A stretch of 58,614 nucleotides of DNA, counting the filler, from Dugesia japonica (taxonomy: Eukaryota), in NCBI GenBank assembly GCA_001938525.1. It is 6 parts of 6 records of this genome, joined end to end, with 100 filler letters (N's around TTAATTAATTAA, not from the genome) between each part and the next. Parts side by side here need not be neighbours in the genome. Positions count along the whole stretch, not along the records: positions 28,276 to 41,421 come from MQRL01647592.1; positions 41,522 to 49,761 come from MQRL01467236.1; positions 49,862 to 58,614 come from MQRL01461353.1; 3 more parts are not named here. The stretch is one strand, 5' to 3'. Each line of letters opens with the position of its first letter. Positions within the stretch are counted from its first letter, which is position 1. The position numbers and the translations under genes are program-made. Shown here in pieces: positions 39,601 through 52,729 of the stretch. Below the pieces are notes generated by a model. The model was not told the DNA's origin and made no database searches. It worked only from the letters and a program-made list of their open reading frames with translations.

Positions 39601-39790
39601 AAGACTTAAATGGCTAAAGAAAATTGAAAATAAAAATTAAAGAGAGAAATAAAGCAGTTAAATATCATTTATAAAATGATATTAAGATTTAAATTTGTTA
39701 ATATTAAATGATATTATTTGCTTAAATAATTCATTATTAATAAATAGTTTTTGTTTTAATAAATAATTATGGAAAGTTCAAGTCTTTTAC
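36675..39790 (+). mobile_element. Decayed composite Ty3/Gypsy element (RNase H fragment, PR, partial RT, RNase H end, integrase, 3' LTR)
   Basis: LCSAPILTFP..TDAS..IAYGSQ; IL*DTGASIS; FSTLDLGQTYYQV; TDHKAL; HQSNGLAERNIKTLR; purine tract AAAAGAGAGAAA then LTR ~39650-39790. Confidence 0.92.
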
Positions 39791-40859
39791 TTATAGAAAG
39801 GAACATTTTAGCGATACAAGTTTATGAGATATTTCTATTTTACTTTTCTAATTTTCTATTCTGTAGTACCAGTTTTGATTCGAAAACTATAACCCTTGAG
39901 GTGGAAGTGGCCTACTGTGCTACTATCTAAACTGAACAAAAAGCCGCTTTTTACCATGAAGAAAACGTTTATTTGATAGTTTTTTAGACAATTAGTAGGC
40001 AGCTTTTAATTCTTTATCAAATGATATTAGTGTAAAAATTAAAAAATAGTAATTGTGTAATTTTTAAATTTTAAATCTTTAATAACTTTTTACTTACTTA
40101 TCCGATTGAAAATTTAATTACATCATAAATTTTCCATCTTTATTATTCATCCAATGATACTACGGTTGTTGTAGTAGCAAGAAAAAAAATTCTAAAAAAA
40201 ATTTTAAAATAAATATTTTTAAAGTTAAAAATTTGAAAATTTAAAACCAATTTTAAACATTAAAACAAAATTTTAAAATGTTTTTTTTAAAAATTAAGAC
40301 AATGAATTCAAAGTTTTACAAATTAAAACCTTTTTAAAACCTGATAAATGACAATGACCTACTAATAGTTGCGACTTAAATTTCATTTGACCTTGGGATT
40401 TGAATTNNNNNNNNNNNNNNNNNNNNNNNNNNNNNNNNNNNNNNNNNNNNNNNNNNNNNNATTTGTTCATGTGCGCCAGTATCTATTTACTGCTATAACC
40501 ACCACTCACAAATAAAAACACGCAAGTAAAAGATATCTGGTAAAATTAATAATGAAGTCAAAATTATAATATAGCAGACACATTTAGTAACACATTTTTA
40601 CAGTCAAAAGTGGCTAACCTGTCATTTGTGCTAATGTGCCACGATCTCACTACTATTAGGTATTGTTTTAATATTGTCCATTCGTTTCCTAATTTTCCAT
40701 TGCTATTCCTCAATTAATTCCTTTAGATATAGCTTATATGACTATCATAAGTTAATTGAATTGTAATCGTATTATTATTGGTCATCTTTGACAAATTAAT
40801 AATATATTTACAATTATTTTCATAAATAATTTTCATTTATTAAACCAGTTTTCTAAATT

Positions 40860-41421
40860 ATGAAATTAATATTTTTAGTTGATATTTTTGTTTTAATATT
40901 GAATTTATCAGTTTTGTATGCATATAATTATCAACAATGTCAACAACTTTCGGTATTTATTGGTTCTGCCAATAATTATTGTGATGCTTGGAATCAATGC
41001 TACTCAATGAATGGCAGATTGATGCTGGAAAATGACTTTTCAATTGTAATAAGTTGCAATATAATGTTACTCAATGTCGATTATTACACTGGATTATCTG
41101 ATCTAGTTTATGAGAGATATAGCAGCAAAACTGGATGGAAATTCTTTGATGGATCAGAAAAACAGAATATCAATTTATGGAGACCTGGTGAACCTAATAG
41201 TTGGAGTAATATTGAAGATTGTGTAGCAATAAGTAANGGAGAACTGAACGATTCTCCTTGTTACTTGGCATATTCTTTCATTTGTGTATCAAATGAGAGC
41301 AGTAAATATCTATCAAAAATATTCACAAATAATTCAACAGAACCAATTTTTAATCTTAAAGGTGAAGCAAAATGTTACGATTCAATGACAACAAGAAATA
41401 TATTGGAATGTGGAACAGAGT
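40860..41421 (+). CDS. Secreted C-type lectin domain protein (3' truncated)
   Basis: Hydrophobic signal peptide; AWNQC...GRL; YYTGLSD; W.FFDG; WRPGEPN..EDCVAI..LNDSPC...SFIC. ORF continues into a second Cys-containing region until the spacer. Confidence 0.9.
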
Positions 41422-41521
41422 NNNNNNNNNNNNNNNNNNNNNNNNNNNNNNNNNNNNNNNNNNNNTTAATTAATTAANNNNNNNNNNNNNNNNNNNNNNN
41501 NNNNNNNNNNNNNNNNNNNNN
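41422..41521. other. Artificial contig spacer
   Basis: 44N-TTAATTAATTAA-44N. Confidence 0.97.
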
Positions 41522-41960
41522 GACCCCATTCTATTTATCTTCTTATTTCAACCATTTTTGTGTATTTTCCATTTGTAATGATGATAATTTGTGGCGGCTT
41601 TGCCTTCTTTTTAGTGGTATGTTTCATCCCAACAAAAGAATAACAAGAAATATTCATGAAGTAAAACGGTTCAAGAGAGAGATTCACCAAACTAGTTACA
41701 AATCTGAATCTATCACCAGTGGAACAATGAGACCTAGTACATTAGATTGGGAGAAAACCGAAAATGAAGACAGGCGCCACCCAATTAGAGAGCGAAAAGT
41801 AAATCATAAATACCAACAATAAATCCGAGAGGGGAATGTAGAAATAGATTTTGTTTAGTTGAACTAATATTGTAATTGGCAGTTTTTTAAAATATATTTT
41901 GTGTATCTAGTTCCTTTTAGTTATCAAAACAACAGTGACAAATTGGTTCGTGGGTCTTGT
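41522..41960 (+). mobile_element. 3' end of an LTR retrotransposon (pol tail, PPT, LTR start)
   Basis: ORF tail RRHPIRERKVNHKY, then purine tract GAGAGGGGAA (41827-41836) followed directly by TGTA. Confidence 0.6.
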
Positions 41961-42004
41961 TTTCAATGTTGTTCTTGAGACATTTGAGACATCAGATTAA
42001 TTGA

Positions 42005-42420
42005 ATTCGTACACAATCCTTTTTTATGTCTTTATTGATTAATCTATTTGAATTCATCACTTCTGTATAATGAAACTTTTCACTATCTTTTAGTTGTCAA
42101 TTACTTAAGAACTAAGTATAATGTCTAAATTCCAATGTTTCATTATAACATTTTCATCTTCCATAATAAGATATTGATTGAAAATCGAGGATATTTTCAA
42201 GCTTCATCGACAATCTGTCTCTTTATATACAAGTTTGGACATGTATTCTTTATATTTTGCCAATCGATTTTTATTTTCACCTATTTTATGCTGTTTGAGA
42301 ATTGCAAGAAAACTATATATGAAGCACGTACTTTTGATATTCTTGATATTAACAATAATATTTTTTAACAAACTTTTTCGGGGTTGGAAAATAGTTTCTA
42401 CCACAAAGCTTATTGGTATT
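42005..42420 (-). mobile_element. Decayed N-terminal region of a Polinton/adintovirus protein-primed DNA polymerase B
   Basis: GRNYFPTP/KSLLKNIIVNIKNIKSTCFIYSFLAIL..NKNRLAKYKEYMSKLVYKE..MKLENI..SINIL..FHYTEVMNSNRLI parallels GSSYIPLP..IINVKN.D..CF.WAIL..RVSKYK.Y...L.F....FP..L..I..SINV..HY..IKNL.RL. Confidence 0.65.
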
Positions 42421-45400
42421 ATTAACCTTGGTTATTTTGAAATTTTTCTCCAGAAGGCAAATGAGTGTCCAACTGCTTCCTATCTCGTTTATCTATTGCA
42501 ATCTTTTCATTTAGTAATATTATTTCACCTTCGTAAAATGTTTTGCTTAAGGGGACAGGACTATCGAATATTCTAGAAGTTTTTATTTTATCTTTTCTTA
42601 TAAATTTCCCATTGGCTCCAAATTATCTCTTAAATAATTTGGAATAATTTTTAAATTAATAAATCATGGATGATATTTATATATTAAAGTTCCAGTTAGA
42701 GATAAAGAGAAAGAAATAACTGTTAAGTATTTCTACATAAACAAAAACTTTTATGTTTCGTATTTTAAAACTAGTAGATACCGGTTAAAATATATGGTAT
42801 CTATTGACTTAGAATATTGAAATTGTGTTACGGGTGTTTGATATTATTTTGTCGATATTCTGTACATTTTTTTAGAAACATGTATTATATAGGGAATATA
42901 TTTATCAAAACTATAAATATGGTAATATAGTATAGAAATGATATTATATAAATTAATAAATCACACCTTGTACAAATATTTATTTTTTATGTATAAAGAT
43001 ATAAACGTAACTTAGAACCTTATAAGCAAATTTTATTTCAAACTAGAACTGTCCTGAAAGGTTAGAGTTTAGATGAATAAGTTTATTCAAACGATAACTC
43101 AAACAGATCAGTATTTATACTGAATCTGTTCAGGATTTACATACCGTATTCATACGCCATTAAATTGTAAATATTTATAAAATAAAGTAAATTTTATGTA
43201 AAATAAAAATAGATTTAACAAGCATTTTCAAATAAAACTTAAATATTCACATAAGTTTTAAAAATAAAATACTATAATAAAAATTTGCTTGTTTATATTT
43301 ACATCTGCAAATTAACAATAAAGACTGTTAATCACTATAACCATATCAAGGAATAGATCAAATATCAAAATGTAAATAACAAAAGTCTGTAAATTATTGA
43401 TTTGATGCTAAAATTGCAACTCAGGATACTAATCTGATATCGAATGTTTGAGGATTGATTAATTAAATAATTACCTCATTTTCATTCTGGATTGATTATT
43501 TGTACCTGAATGTTTGTGTATGTATTGCATGTGCCTGTAATTATAATCTCAACATAACAATGAAGCGAGAACAAATAAAACTACCGAATTGAATAAGTCC
43601 TGTATGAGGCCGCCATCCCGCTACAACAGTCAAATAGCTGCACCTTGACTATCCGAACTGCGGCAAGAACTTTCAAATTATTTGAAACGGTAAGATGGAT
43701 TTGAAGAAATATAATTTGTCGTTAGACTGATATTCAATTTTTAATTGATATTCATGTCACTTTAGTTAAAATATTTACAGAGGTAGATACTGCGTTTAAA
43801 GCGGATTTTCGGCAGACAATTGTTAAACTCATATTGTAACTACGTTGTTGAAATTTTTCATGGTGTTACGATAGTGCATAAATTTAAGAATTTATAATTC
43901 TTAAAAGATTCGTATAAAAATTTTCACTTTTTGTGATTGAAACTATAAAATTGAACCTGATTAAATGTATGCTAATATAGTGACAAATAACATGTATTAT
44001 TGATGCCGCAAAAATGAAAATAAGAGCGGAGAACATTACGTGAGTACGTGGTATTACGCATAAAAAGGATGAACACCAGATCTGAAATAAGACGACCACA
44101 GCATTTGGAGCGTGAGTTAGCTCCCTAATAAACCCACCGGATAATAGGAGACGTATGCTGAGAGGAAAGTTGCGCTGTTCGCCATCCTCCGCACTCTCTG
44201 GCAATCGAATGAGGTAAAAAATGAAGTATCAGAAGATAAGAAATTTCAAGTTGATTTGGATCACGCATGTCACCGAGGAAGTGATTTTTGGCAAATAAAA
44301 ATAAGAGTAGTCGTCATGGTTGTCAAAGTACGGCCATTAAAACAATGAATGATAATGAGAGCCAAAGAGAGGCGATTGATTCATGAGGTGTCAAAAAATG
44401 ATTGCGGATTCTATTTATGCCCCTCAGTCAAGTGTATTGATACATGATAAAAAATTTGTGAAATAAAGCTGATGATGTTACAATGAAAAAGTAACATAAA
44501 AAAGCCTGTAATCCCATAAATGCTATTTTCGTATAAGTTATTAATGAATTACGCATTTCTTTTTAGCTAATGCCTATTGAACTTTAGAACAATAAGTTGT
44601 AAGATTCAAAATGCATCGATACTGTCCAATAATAAATTCCGAAGATATTTGAACACATTCACAACATACTTTTAAAATATCGGGGTTAACTATAAAAATT
44701 ATTTTTTTACTAGGTTTTCATAATTACATGCGGTTTTATATAGAATAAACTCGTAAAAGAAACAGCAAAAAACAATGATTACTGTTATTTGAAAGTTTGT
44801 TAATCGAACTAAAGGATTTCTATTGATTGCCTTAGTTAGATAACAAAATTTAACATTTAATCTAAATAAAAATAAATTTTTTGGTTTTATTTTAAAATAC
44901 GGTTATTTCGCTCTAATTTCTTACCATTTACCTTATTGATAATTTAATACAAGATCTATCAACTATTTCCAATAATAAATTCCTTGGTTATTTGAAACTT
45001 TAAAAATTTCATCAAAACCGTAAAAATTAATTATTTAAAAATCACATGTATTTTCATCTAGAATATACTCGTAACCCGCAAAAACATAAATAGCTTTTAA
45101 TAATTCATAAGATACCTGAAAAAACTTTGTTTAATTCAGCTAGATAATTATGGACAATGCTCTCACGTAAGCTCTTTTAACAAATAATTTTCATTAATAT
45201 TTATCAACATTGTATTTAAATTACAAATATTGGCTTATTGCTTTTAACTTAATAATGATAATTAGCAAATAATTAAATCATTTCATATATATAAATTTAT
45301 ATATAATAGAAACATAAGATTAATTCAATTAATAACTGAAAAATATTAACAATCAGTTACAAGAACTATGGATTACAATCAATTATAGTGAAGATTAAAA

Positions 45401-45718
45401 ATAAAGCAAAAACGTTTAAATAACCCAGAATTTCCATGTAATTATATTAATCAATTTAATAGACACATAATTACAATCTTATGACTAAATTAATAAACGT
45501 ATTACTAAAATCTGCAAATCTTGATCCATTTATTTAAACTGATTAATGAAAAACGAAGCATCTCGAATAAACACCATATAAATAAATTTAACCAATAACT
45601 TCAGAACAAGTAAAATGATTTGCATTCAGTCTCTAAATTTCTTTTTCAAATGAAGAGCGTAAAATTTTAATAAGATTTAATTTAAATAATTTAACTCCAA
45701 TTTACAACCAATTCTTGT

Positions 45719-45734
45719 GGTCCTGAAGAGGACC
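45719..45734 (-). promoter_or_regulatory. Histone 3' UTR stem-loop
   Basis: aacaac-GGTCCT-CTTC-AGGACC-acaa, 26 nt after the stop: 6-bp stem, 4-nt loop, A/C-rich flanks. Confidence 0.95.
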
Positions 45735-45760
45735 GTTGTTCGTTCTCTAATTAATAAAAT

Positions 45761-46135
45761 TTATTTCGATCCAGTGTATTTTGTAACAGCCTTCGTTCCT
45801 TCACTAACAGCATGTTTGGATAACTCACCGGGCAAAATCAGACGGACGGATGTTTGAATTTCTCTACTAGAAATTGTTGACCTCTTATTATAAGCGGCCA
45901 ACTTACTAGCTTCACTTGCAATTCTTTCGAAAACATCATTGACAAAACTATTCATGATGGACATAGCTTTACCAGAAATTCCAGTATCCGGATGTACTTG
46001 CCTCAAAACTTTATAAATATAAATACCGTAACTTTCTTTTCGCTTGTGTGACCTTTTCTTCTTTTCATTTTTCAAAACAGAATCCTTGGTTATCTTTTTA
46101 GCTGATTTAGCTGCAACTTTACCTTTAGGAGCCAT
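45761..46135 (-). CDS. H2B: Histone H2B, replication-dependent type
   Basis: Intact intronless 124-aa ORF with [42 protein letters not shown]. Confidence 0.99.
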   Translation of the reverse strand: MAPKGKVAAKSAKKITKDSVLKNEKKKRSHKRKESYGIYIYKVLRQVHPDTGISGKAMSIMNSFVNDVFERIASEASKLAAYNKRSTISSREIQTSVRLILPGELSKHAVSEGTKAVTKYTGSK

Positions 46136-47779
46136 TAATTAATTTTTTGTAATAAATTATTATTTCGATTAAATAACTTTATTGTGTAACTTAGATATAA
46201 AAAAATTAATATATTACGTTGTGGTAGTTTATTGTTAAAATTTACGATTTTGTGATTAAATTAAATTTTTATTAAGTTTTATTTCATTATTAATTATAAA
46301 TAAACGTTTATTAAAATTAGAGTTATGTCATTTTACTGATAATTAATATAAGTTTATGTTTTATTATAAAAGAATTTTTACATTAAAGATTATCAGTTTT
46401 GATGTATCATCATTTATGCTTCAATATACTTAAAAATTTATTCATTTTTATAATTTCAAATAAAAATGTAAAGCAAAAAATAATTCAAAATATTAGCAAC
46501 TTGTCTAGACGTTATCAACTTGAAATGATTCTCAAATGGAAATTATTATTTAAAATATTTAAATAACTATTATTTTGGTAAGTTATTTTTTTTTAATTTT
46601 CACATGTAAACATTTAGATGTGTTTATTTAATTTACGATGATTTCTTATTGTTTTCATATGAATTTTCGTTTTTTATTGTTTTCTGATGGAAATTGAATT
46701 GAATTATTTACTTGATGCTTACTATCTTTTACTACAAAAGCCACCAAGCACTCGGAAAATATTTATAATGGAACTACAGATACGCTTGAATTAAGCTGAT
46801 ATTGAAATAAAAATAAATTAAGAATAATTACGAAAATTTTAAAATTTTGAATCAATTTGGTGAACAAGCTTATTATGATAAAGCAGACAATTTTAAGAAA
46901 CCATTTTATTGATTAAAATTATGGTAATTAGATCAATACAAAGAAGTAATTATATTTTCATCAGGTGTTATGGCATTGAGCTCTCCGGAAAATAAAACTG
47001 TTATTAAAATGATAATGCTCGTATTATAAAAGTTTTTGTTATAGTTTTGTTGCTTTGGAATTTGTTCTCGCTAACTAATAAGATTATGTATTACTATTTA
47101 AATTAATTAATTATTTATATAAAGCATTTTTATGTTAACTTGGGATCCATCTATGCAGCTCAAATTTTAATTTATATTTAGGGTAATACGCGTAATAAAA
47201 CTCTGTCAAGAATTAGATTTAGTGCCCGTGTTCTAGATTTTCCGAATATAGTCGGTGATATGTGATTCGTTTGAGTTTAGCAATGGGTTTATTGATAGAT
47301 TACTCCGGAACTCGAATAACTCGCTGCTCCTGTTGCGTTCTTTGATCTAGATAGTTGATTCTTGGGTAATTGACCTGGGTGATGCAGTCCACGTATATAG
47401 CGGCTGGTTTCTGATTAATTTATTAACTTGTCATACAGGTAACACCACTGGGATGTATATTTTTCTGAATTTTGGTTCGATGTCTCGGTATAATTTTTAT
47501 CCCTTTCATCCAAATCGACGTTGTTTGTCTCCTCTGCTTCCTTTGACTGTTCAGACTCCATACATTTAACAATTCATTTATTTCGATTTGTGATCTACTC
47601 ATTTTATTTTCTAATTTTTTAATAAACAACACTACTATTACATTTCGAGTTTAAGCTATATACACTTTATCTTCACTTTTCCTTTCTACGAAACATCCCC
47701 AGTCTATCTGTTAAAAACACTGACTCTGTTCATCACCCTAGGTGAATGTAAATATTTATCACTCCTAACAAATCTATCG

Positions 47780-49112
47780 GAATTCACATTTTCGAATATT
47801 GTCCCGCTTTTGCTATAATTATCAATATTATCACTAACATTAATGTACATGCTGATACTATCCCTGTTACTTCACCAGTGCTCTTTCCGACCAACTTCCA
47901 ACTGGTTCCATCGTAGTTGTCTCGAAAGTTGCCTTCTACACCCACCATAGTTATATTCGATTCATCTTCGTTGAGTTTATTTTTGCCAATCTTTCATCAA
48001 TTTATCGATAAAATCTTCCTGTTTCCGATTATATACGTTCGGGTGTATTCTCGTTTTCAATTTTGTTTTTTGGTGAATTCTTGTCCACGTATTGCATATA
48101 ATCGTCACCCTTGTACGGTTTGTTTTTGTCGTCGCCAACGCTGTCATTACCCGTTGCTTTCTCCTTTTGGTTTTTAACCTCTTGTTTTATCGTCGTTTTC
48201 CAACTAGTCGCTAATTCCCATACCATTTTATGTTCTGTTTTAATCCTTTGTTCGTTTTTCTGATTAAACCTTGGTACTGATTCTTATTGATTTTCCACCA
48301 TTTAAACTCGCTTGATACTGCGTCCTTTGTCCAATCTTCAAAATCTTTATAATGTTTAACTATCAAATTCTGTTGTTCCTTTCTATCGACTCTCATTGTT
48401 ATTAACGATTCTTCTCTTTGTCTCTATTCTCTCTGATTATTAATTTGAATTCCTGAGCTGTCCGATTCTCCAACTTGCAATGTTTTTCTTCGTTCGCCAA
48501 TGGTTTATGCGTATCGCACGCATGTAAATCCGATTGTTTCATGAGACTCTATCTTCCAAAATTTTTGTGATTTATGCTGCATTTTTTTTACAAACGCCCT
48601 TATTTCCTGGCCATATGGGCTTATTCCAATCTCTTGTTGCATATAGGATGTGAATGTTTTATTATAGTGGTATAAACTATTACCATCATTATCTCGAATT
48701 TCTTGCTTATCTCGGTATGTTTTCCAATTTGTCTGATCGTATTGACTCATTATTACTTGTTGATCCTTGCTCCCTTCAACAATTGCGGTTAATCTTCACA
48801 TGATCATTATTATCAAGACACTGCAATTGATTGAAACGTTGTTTGTATTGTAGGTTCTAACGATTAATATTGTCCATTCGTAAATAATCGTCATCGCCTA
48901 TTTAACTCCGTTACTCTTTGTAATCTTTTTTCTCGATATCGCTTAAATTTTAGTTTGTAAGTATCCCATGTATCGTATGAATATTCTTGTGATGATAACA
49001 CTCTTCTCCACCGATTATTTGCAATATCGTGTTGGGGTAAAACACCATGATGAAAAACTATGAAACCCAAAAGCCACCATAAACAATCAATTACCAAAGA
49101 AATAATTTTCAT
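47780..49112 (-). pseudogene. Frameshifted intronless ORF for a putative type-I membrane protein (env-like?)
   Basis: Five collinear ORF pieces. The first starts with a signal-like MKIISLVIDCLWWLLGFIVF; the last ends VTGIVSACTLMLVIILIIIAK (TM-like). No recognisable domain. Confidence 0.4.
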
Positions 49113-49761
49113 TTATTGTTACTTATAATTAGAAATACAAAATATGATTAGAAATGAACTAGTTAAAATTAAAAAATCAATTACTGACAAAGACAATGTC
49201 GAAATTTTGAATTGTTAGCAAATATCAATAAAAAAACAAAATTTTTGATCGAAGCTTTTATTTTAAATGAATAGTTAGAACTAATTAGCAAATAAATAAA
49301 AGAAAATACAAAACGTAAAATAGTAATAAATGAAAGAATAAATTATTAATAATAAAATAAATTAAATTAAATAACAAAAAAAGGCTAACTTTGGAGTTAG
49401 GCTACCGAAAACGATACAGTTGTTGAGAATGGCATGAACATATACACACATAAATGACACATCCAAAGAACTAATACTCGAAAAAGGTAATATTCGATTC
49501 GACCCATCAATATATTAATTCAATCCAGATGGAGACGTTCAATCAGACGTCTATTAATTATTTTGTGATTATTGCGTTTAACCAAACTTATGTTAATTAG
49601 ACTTTTATTTTGTAGTGGGAAAAGAGGACACGAGGACAAAGGACAGAAGGGAAGCAGTGGGGTAACCATACCCATTGCCAACGGTTCCGCGACCGTGATC
49701 ATATTTAATCATAGAAAATTCATCATCAGGCAACTAAAAATCATTAAAATACACTATTCAA

Positions 49762-49861
49762 NNNNNNNNNNNNNNNNNNNNNNNNNNNNNNNNNNNNNNN
49801 NNNNNTTAATTAATTAANNNNNNNNNNNNNNNNNNNNNNNNNNNNNNNNNNNNNNNNNNNN
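49762..49861. other. Artificial contig spacer
   Basis: 44N-TTAATTAATTAA-44N. Confidence 0.97.
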
Positions 49862-50954
49862 AGATGGTTTAATATTTCGACTATGCCTTCAGGAACTATT
49901 GCTTTTTTTACTTATGGCTTTTTCTTATTGAAAATTTCTCTTTGTTTTTCAAAATATATGTTTAATATACAGATCAATGAAAAAGTTAATTTTTGGAAAA
50001 TAAACTTTGAAATGAAAATTTTAATTTTTTAAAATGAATTTTATTTATAAGTTTTATACTTTATTTATTAGTAATTTTCAATTTTTATTATTTAATAGAT
50101 TTTGAAAAATTTTAATATAATTTAAAATTAAAAATTTTATATATTTTTGAAAAACGTCTTCTATTTTTATAGGTGGAAAATAGTAGTTTTAATAAAATAT
50201 TATTATAGAAAATAAAAATTTATGAGAATATTAGTTAATTTTTGTTTGAAAAATTGTTAAAAAATATGAAGAATTATAGCCATTTTATATTCAGTATAAT
50301 TGCTTGAATCTTTTTTTAAATAATATAGACTAATGATAACGGTTGATCCGTTGTAATATATAACAGTAAATTTTTTTTAAATGGTGTTATTTATCTTTAT
50401 TTAATTAATCCTTTTTGACCTATACTAAATAAACACAGTTAAACCATAAAAAGACCAATTTTTATTGGGGATACTTTATTTACCTATACATACTCAAAAC
50501 ATCATCTCAGAAAACACCAAAAGTAAACCAAACAAATTGAGACATGGGCACTCCATGACAATTGAGCTCCCCATGATAATTACGAGCGTTTTAGTCTAAA
50601 ACAACTTTACGTTTCGACGTGATAGTCCTCTATGATAATTTTACATAGTCGAATCGTTCCCTCTGCGATAGCTCATTTCACGATAGACTATTTAACAATT
50701 TATATCGCTGTAACATTTCATTTCTCAATAGATTATTCAACAATTTCTAACGCTGTGAATATTAGATAACAAATATTAGAACAAAAGAATTTGTTAAAAT
50801 TTACTGTATTTTATAAAATATTTTATTATATTGGAATTACTGAGAAAAAAATTAATAATTATGAAATAAAAATAAAATTATATTTCAATTAGAGGATGTA
50901 ATTATTTACAATCAATGTAAAGCTTTATTTGTTGATAAGTAATTTTTGCTAGTC

Positions 50955-51014
50955 CAAGTAAAGCATCGCGGGCTACATTGAAGTACCTTGCGGGCCGGAT
51001 GTTTGAGACCCCTG
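50955..51014 (+). mobile_element. hAT/Charlie-like right end
   Basis: GCGGGCCGGATGTTTGAGACCCCTG, same TIR class as 12329 and 18656. Confidence 0.55.
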
Positions 51015-51024
51015 ATGTAGACGT

Positions 51025-51200
51025 TCCCGCCACATGTATTTACATAAGAATCAATCATGGCTCTGCTTGTTCCACAGTGTCACTTATTTTTTCCGGAACA
51101 CTTCGCCACATCCTCTCTACATTATGCGTGTGAGCACCTGTATTGAAATCAACAAAATTAAGTGAGTGATTATCTGAACGATGATTGAACCATTGGATAA
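51025..51200 (-). mobile_element. Merlin (IS1595/ISXO2-like) transposase fragment
   Basis: NHSLNFVDFNTGAHTHNVERMWRS matches the Merlin motif NHS.NFVDP.TGAHTQ.IE..W. Confidence 0.8.
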
Positions 51201-51466
51201 GCATTTGAAATAATTGTAGTTCCAGGTAAAATATATTGAGTGATTTTCAGGATTTATTCACGTATTTATAATTCATTTATCTTTCATTCGTTTATATTAA
51301 TCCTTTAGAAAATGTATAGGTATTTTTTAATTGCTTACCTGATAGTATCAAATTCAAGTCTAGATGATAGAAATCATAGTCTGCGTGGGCTTTTTAAACT
51401 TTTAAATCCTTAATAACTCCCCACCAATAAATTCCAAGATAGCAGTTATGTTTCCCAATAAAGATA

Positions 51467-51830
51467 ATGGGTCGTAGAGACCCTTCTTATATATTATTAT
51501 AGTAGCTTATATTATTTTTATTATTTAACTTATTATTTCCTTCCCAATTCATTCCCATACCTCCAAATTTGGGTCCTCTACGCCCAATTTTTTTGTCTCG
51601 ATTTCTATAACAATATAATAATAATAATAATTACGCAATAATAATGATAAAAGATAGTCAAATTTCTGGCCCAGCACTGGTTTTTACTTATTTTCTGCTC
51701 ATTTTCGTTTTAATGCTCTTTATTATTAATCCGACAAATTTGGTCATTCCTTTTCACTAAAATTTTGGCGTTCCAGCTTAACAAAATACTGGGGGCCCGA
51801 AAAAATTCCGTCCCAGAATTTCTTTCAAAT
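51467..51830 (+). repeat. Unclassified dispersed repeat (other copies ~54400-54730 and ~55040-55190)
   Basis: Shared blocks ATGGGTYGTAGAGACCCTTCT, AAATTTTGGTCYTCTAYGCCC, TTTCTGGCCCA and GGCGTTC in the same order. Confidence 0.7.
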
Positions 51831-52729
51831 ATTCCTTCATTAGCTATTTATTTACGTATCCTCTTGACTTTTACCCACTTTAATTCATACTCCTAATTTT
51901 TGGAAAGCTCGGTCGTCATTCACACTGGTCAAAAGATCCCTCAAGCAAGAATCTAATAAGTCATAAAAATAAGGAAAGTAAAGAAAACAAGGTGAAAAAA
52001 TAAATATACATTATTCCATTAAAATATGACATAACATTTGCATAAAAACCGCAACAATACGCCTTCATAAATCATAAACAAAAACACATTGTCGATAAAA
52101 ATCATTAATCAAATGTCTAAACCTCTCAACAATAAAATGTTTATGCTGCTGGATCTCTAATTGATGACTGACTGGAATTCAGAGGAATCTTTCTTCACAT
52201 TCTCGATATCACTTGTGTCACTGATTACTAACTTTTGTCATTCAGCACAGTATAGAACTGTAATTTTCGCGACAGAAATAACCTGAATGGGGGACATAGA
52301 ACCACCGAGAACATTCAGGGATAGTCAACTTGAAACGTTTATCATATTGTTAAACACAGTTGTAGATACACAATTATAGATATTATTTACAGAATTGTTT
52401 GCAGCCTAGAACTGCTGGAATTGACAATGATTACTGGCCCCAGAACAAGTCCTCCTCGGACGCTGAAAAGGCCATTGGGATGATTGTTCCGGATTGTGAC
52501 GAGTACTGGAAGATTGAGAATTTGAGTTATCGGTTCTCTGAGCAGCATATTGATCTAGTAAGCTGACCTGGAGAGCGACTGATTGCCCATTCGTTTTTTA
52601 ACTGTAAAATGTTTGCTCCACTTTAGTAAGATTTATTTGTCGGGGAGGAACGACCACTCGAATCGGGGTTTCCTTGAGTGTCGATTATGGAAATCACTCT
52701 CCTCTCTTTCGTTTTTCCAACACTGATTC

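Noticed and set aside
43884-44204. 106-aa minus-strand ORF
   Set aside because: Non-ATG start, no recognisable motif or splice context.
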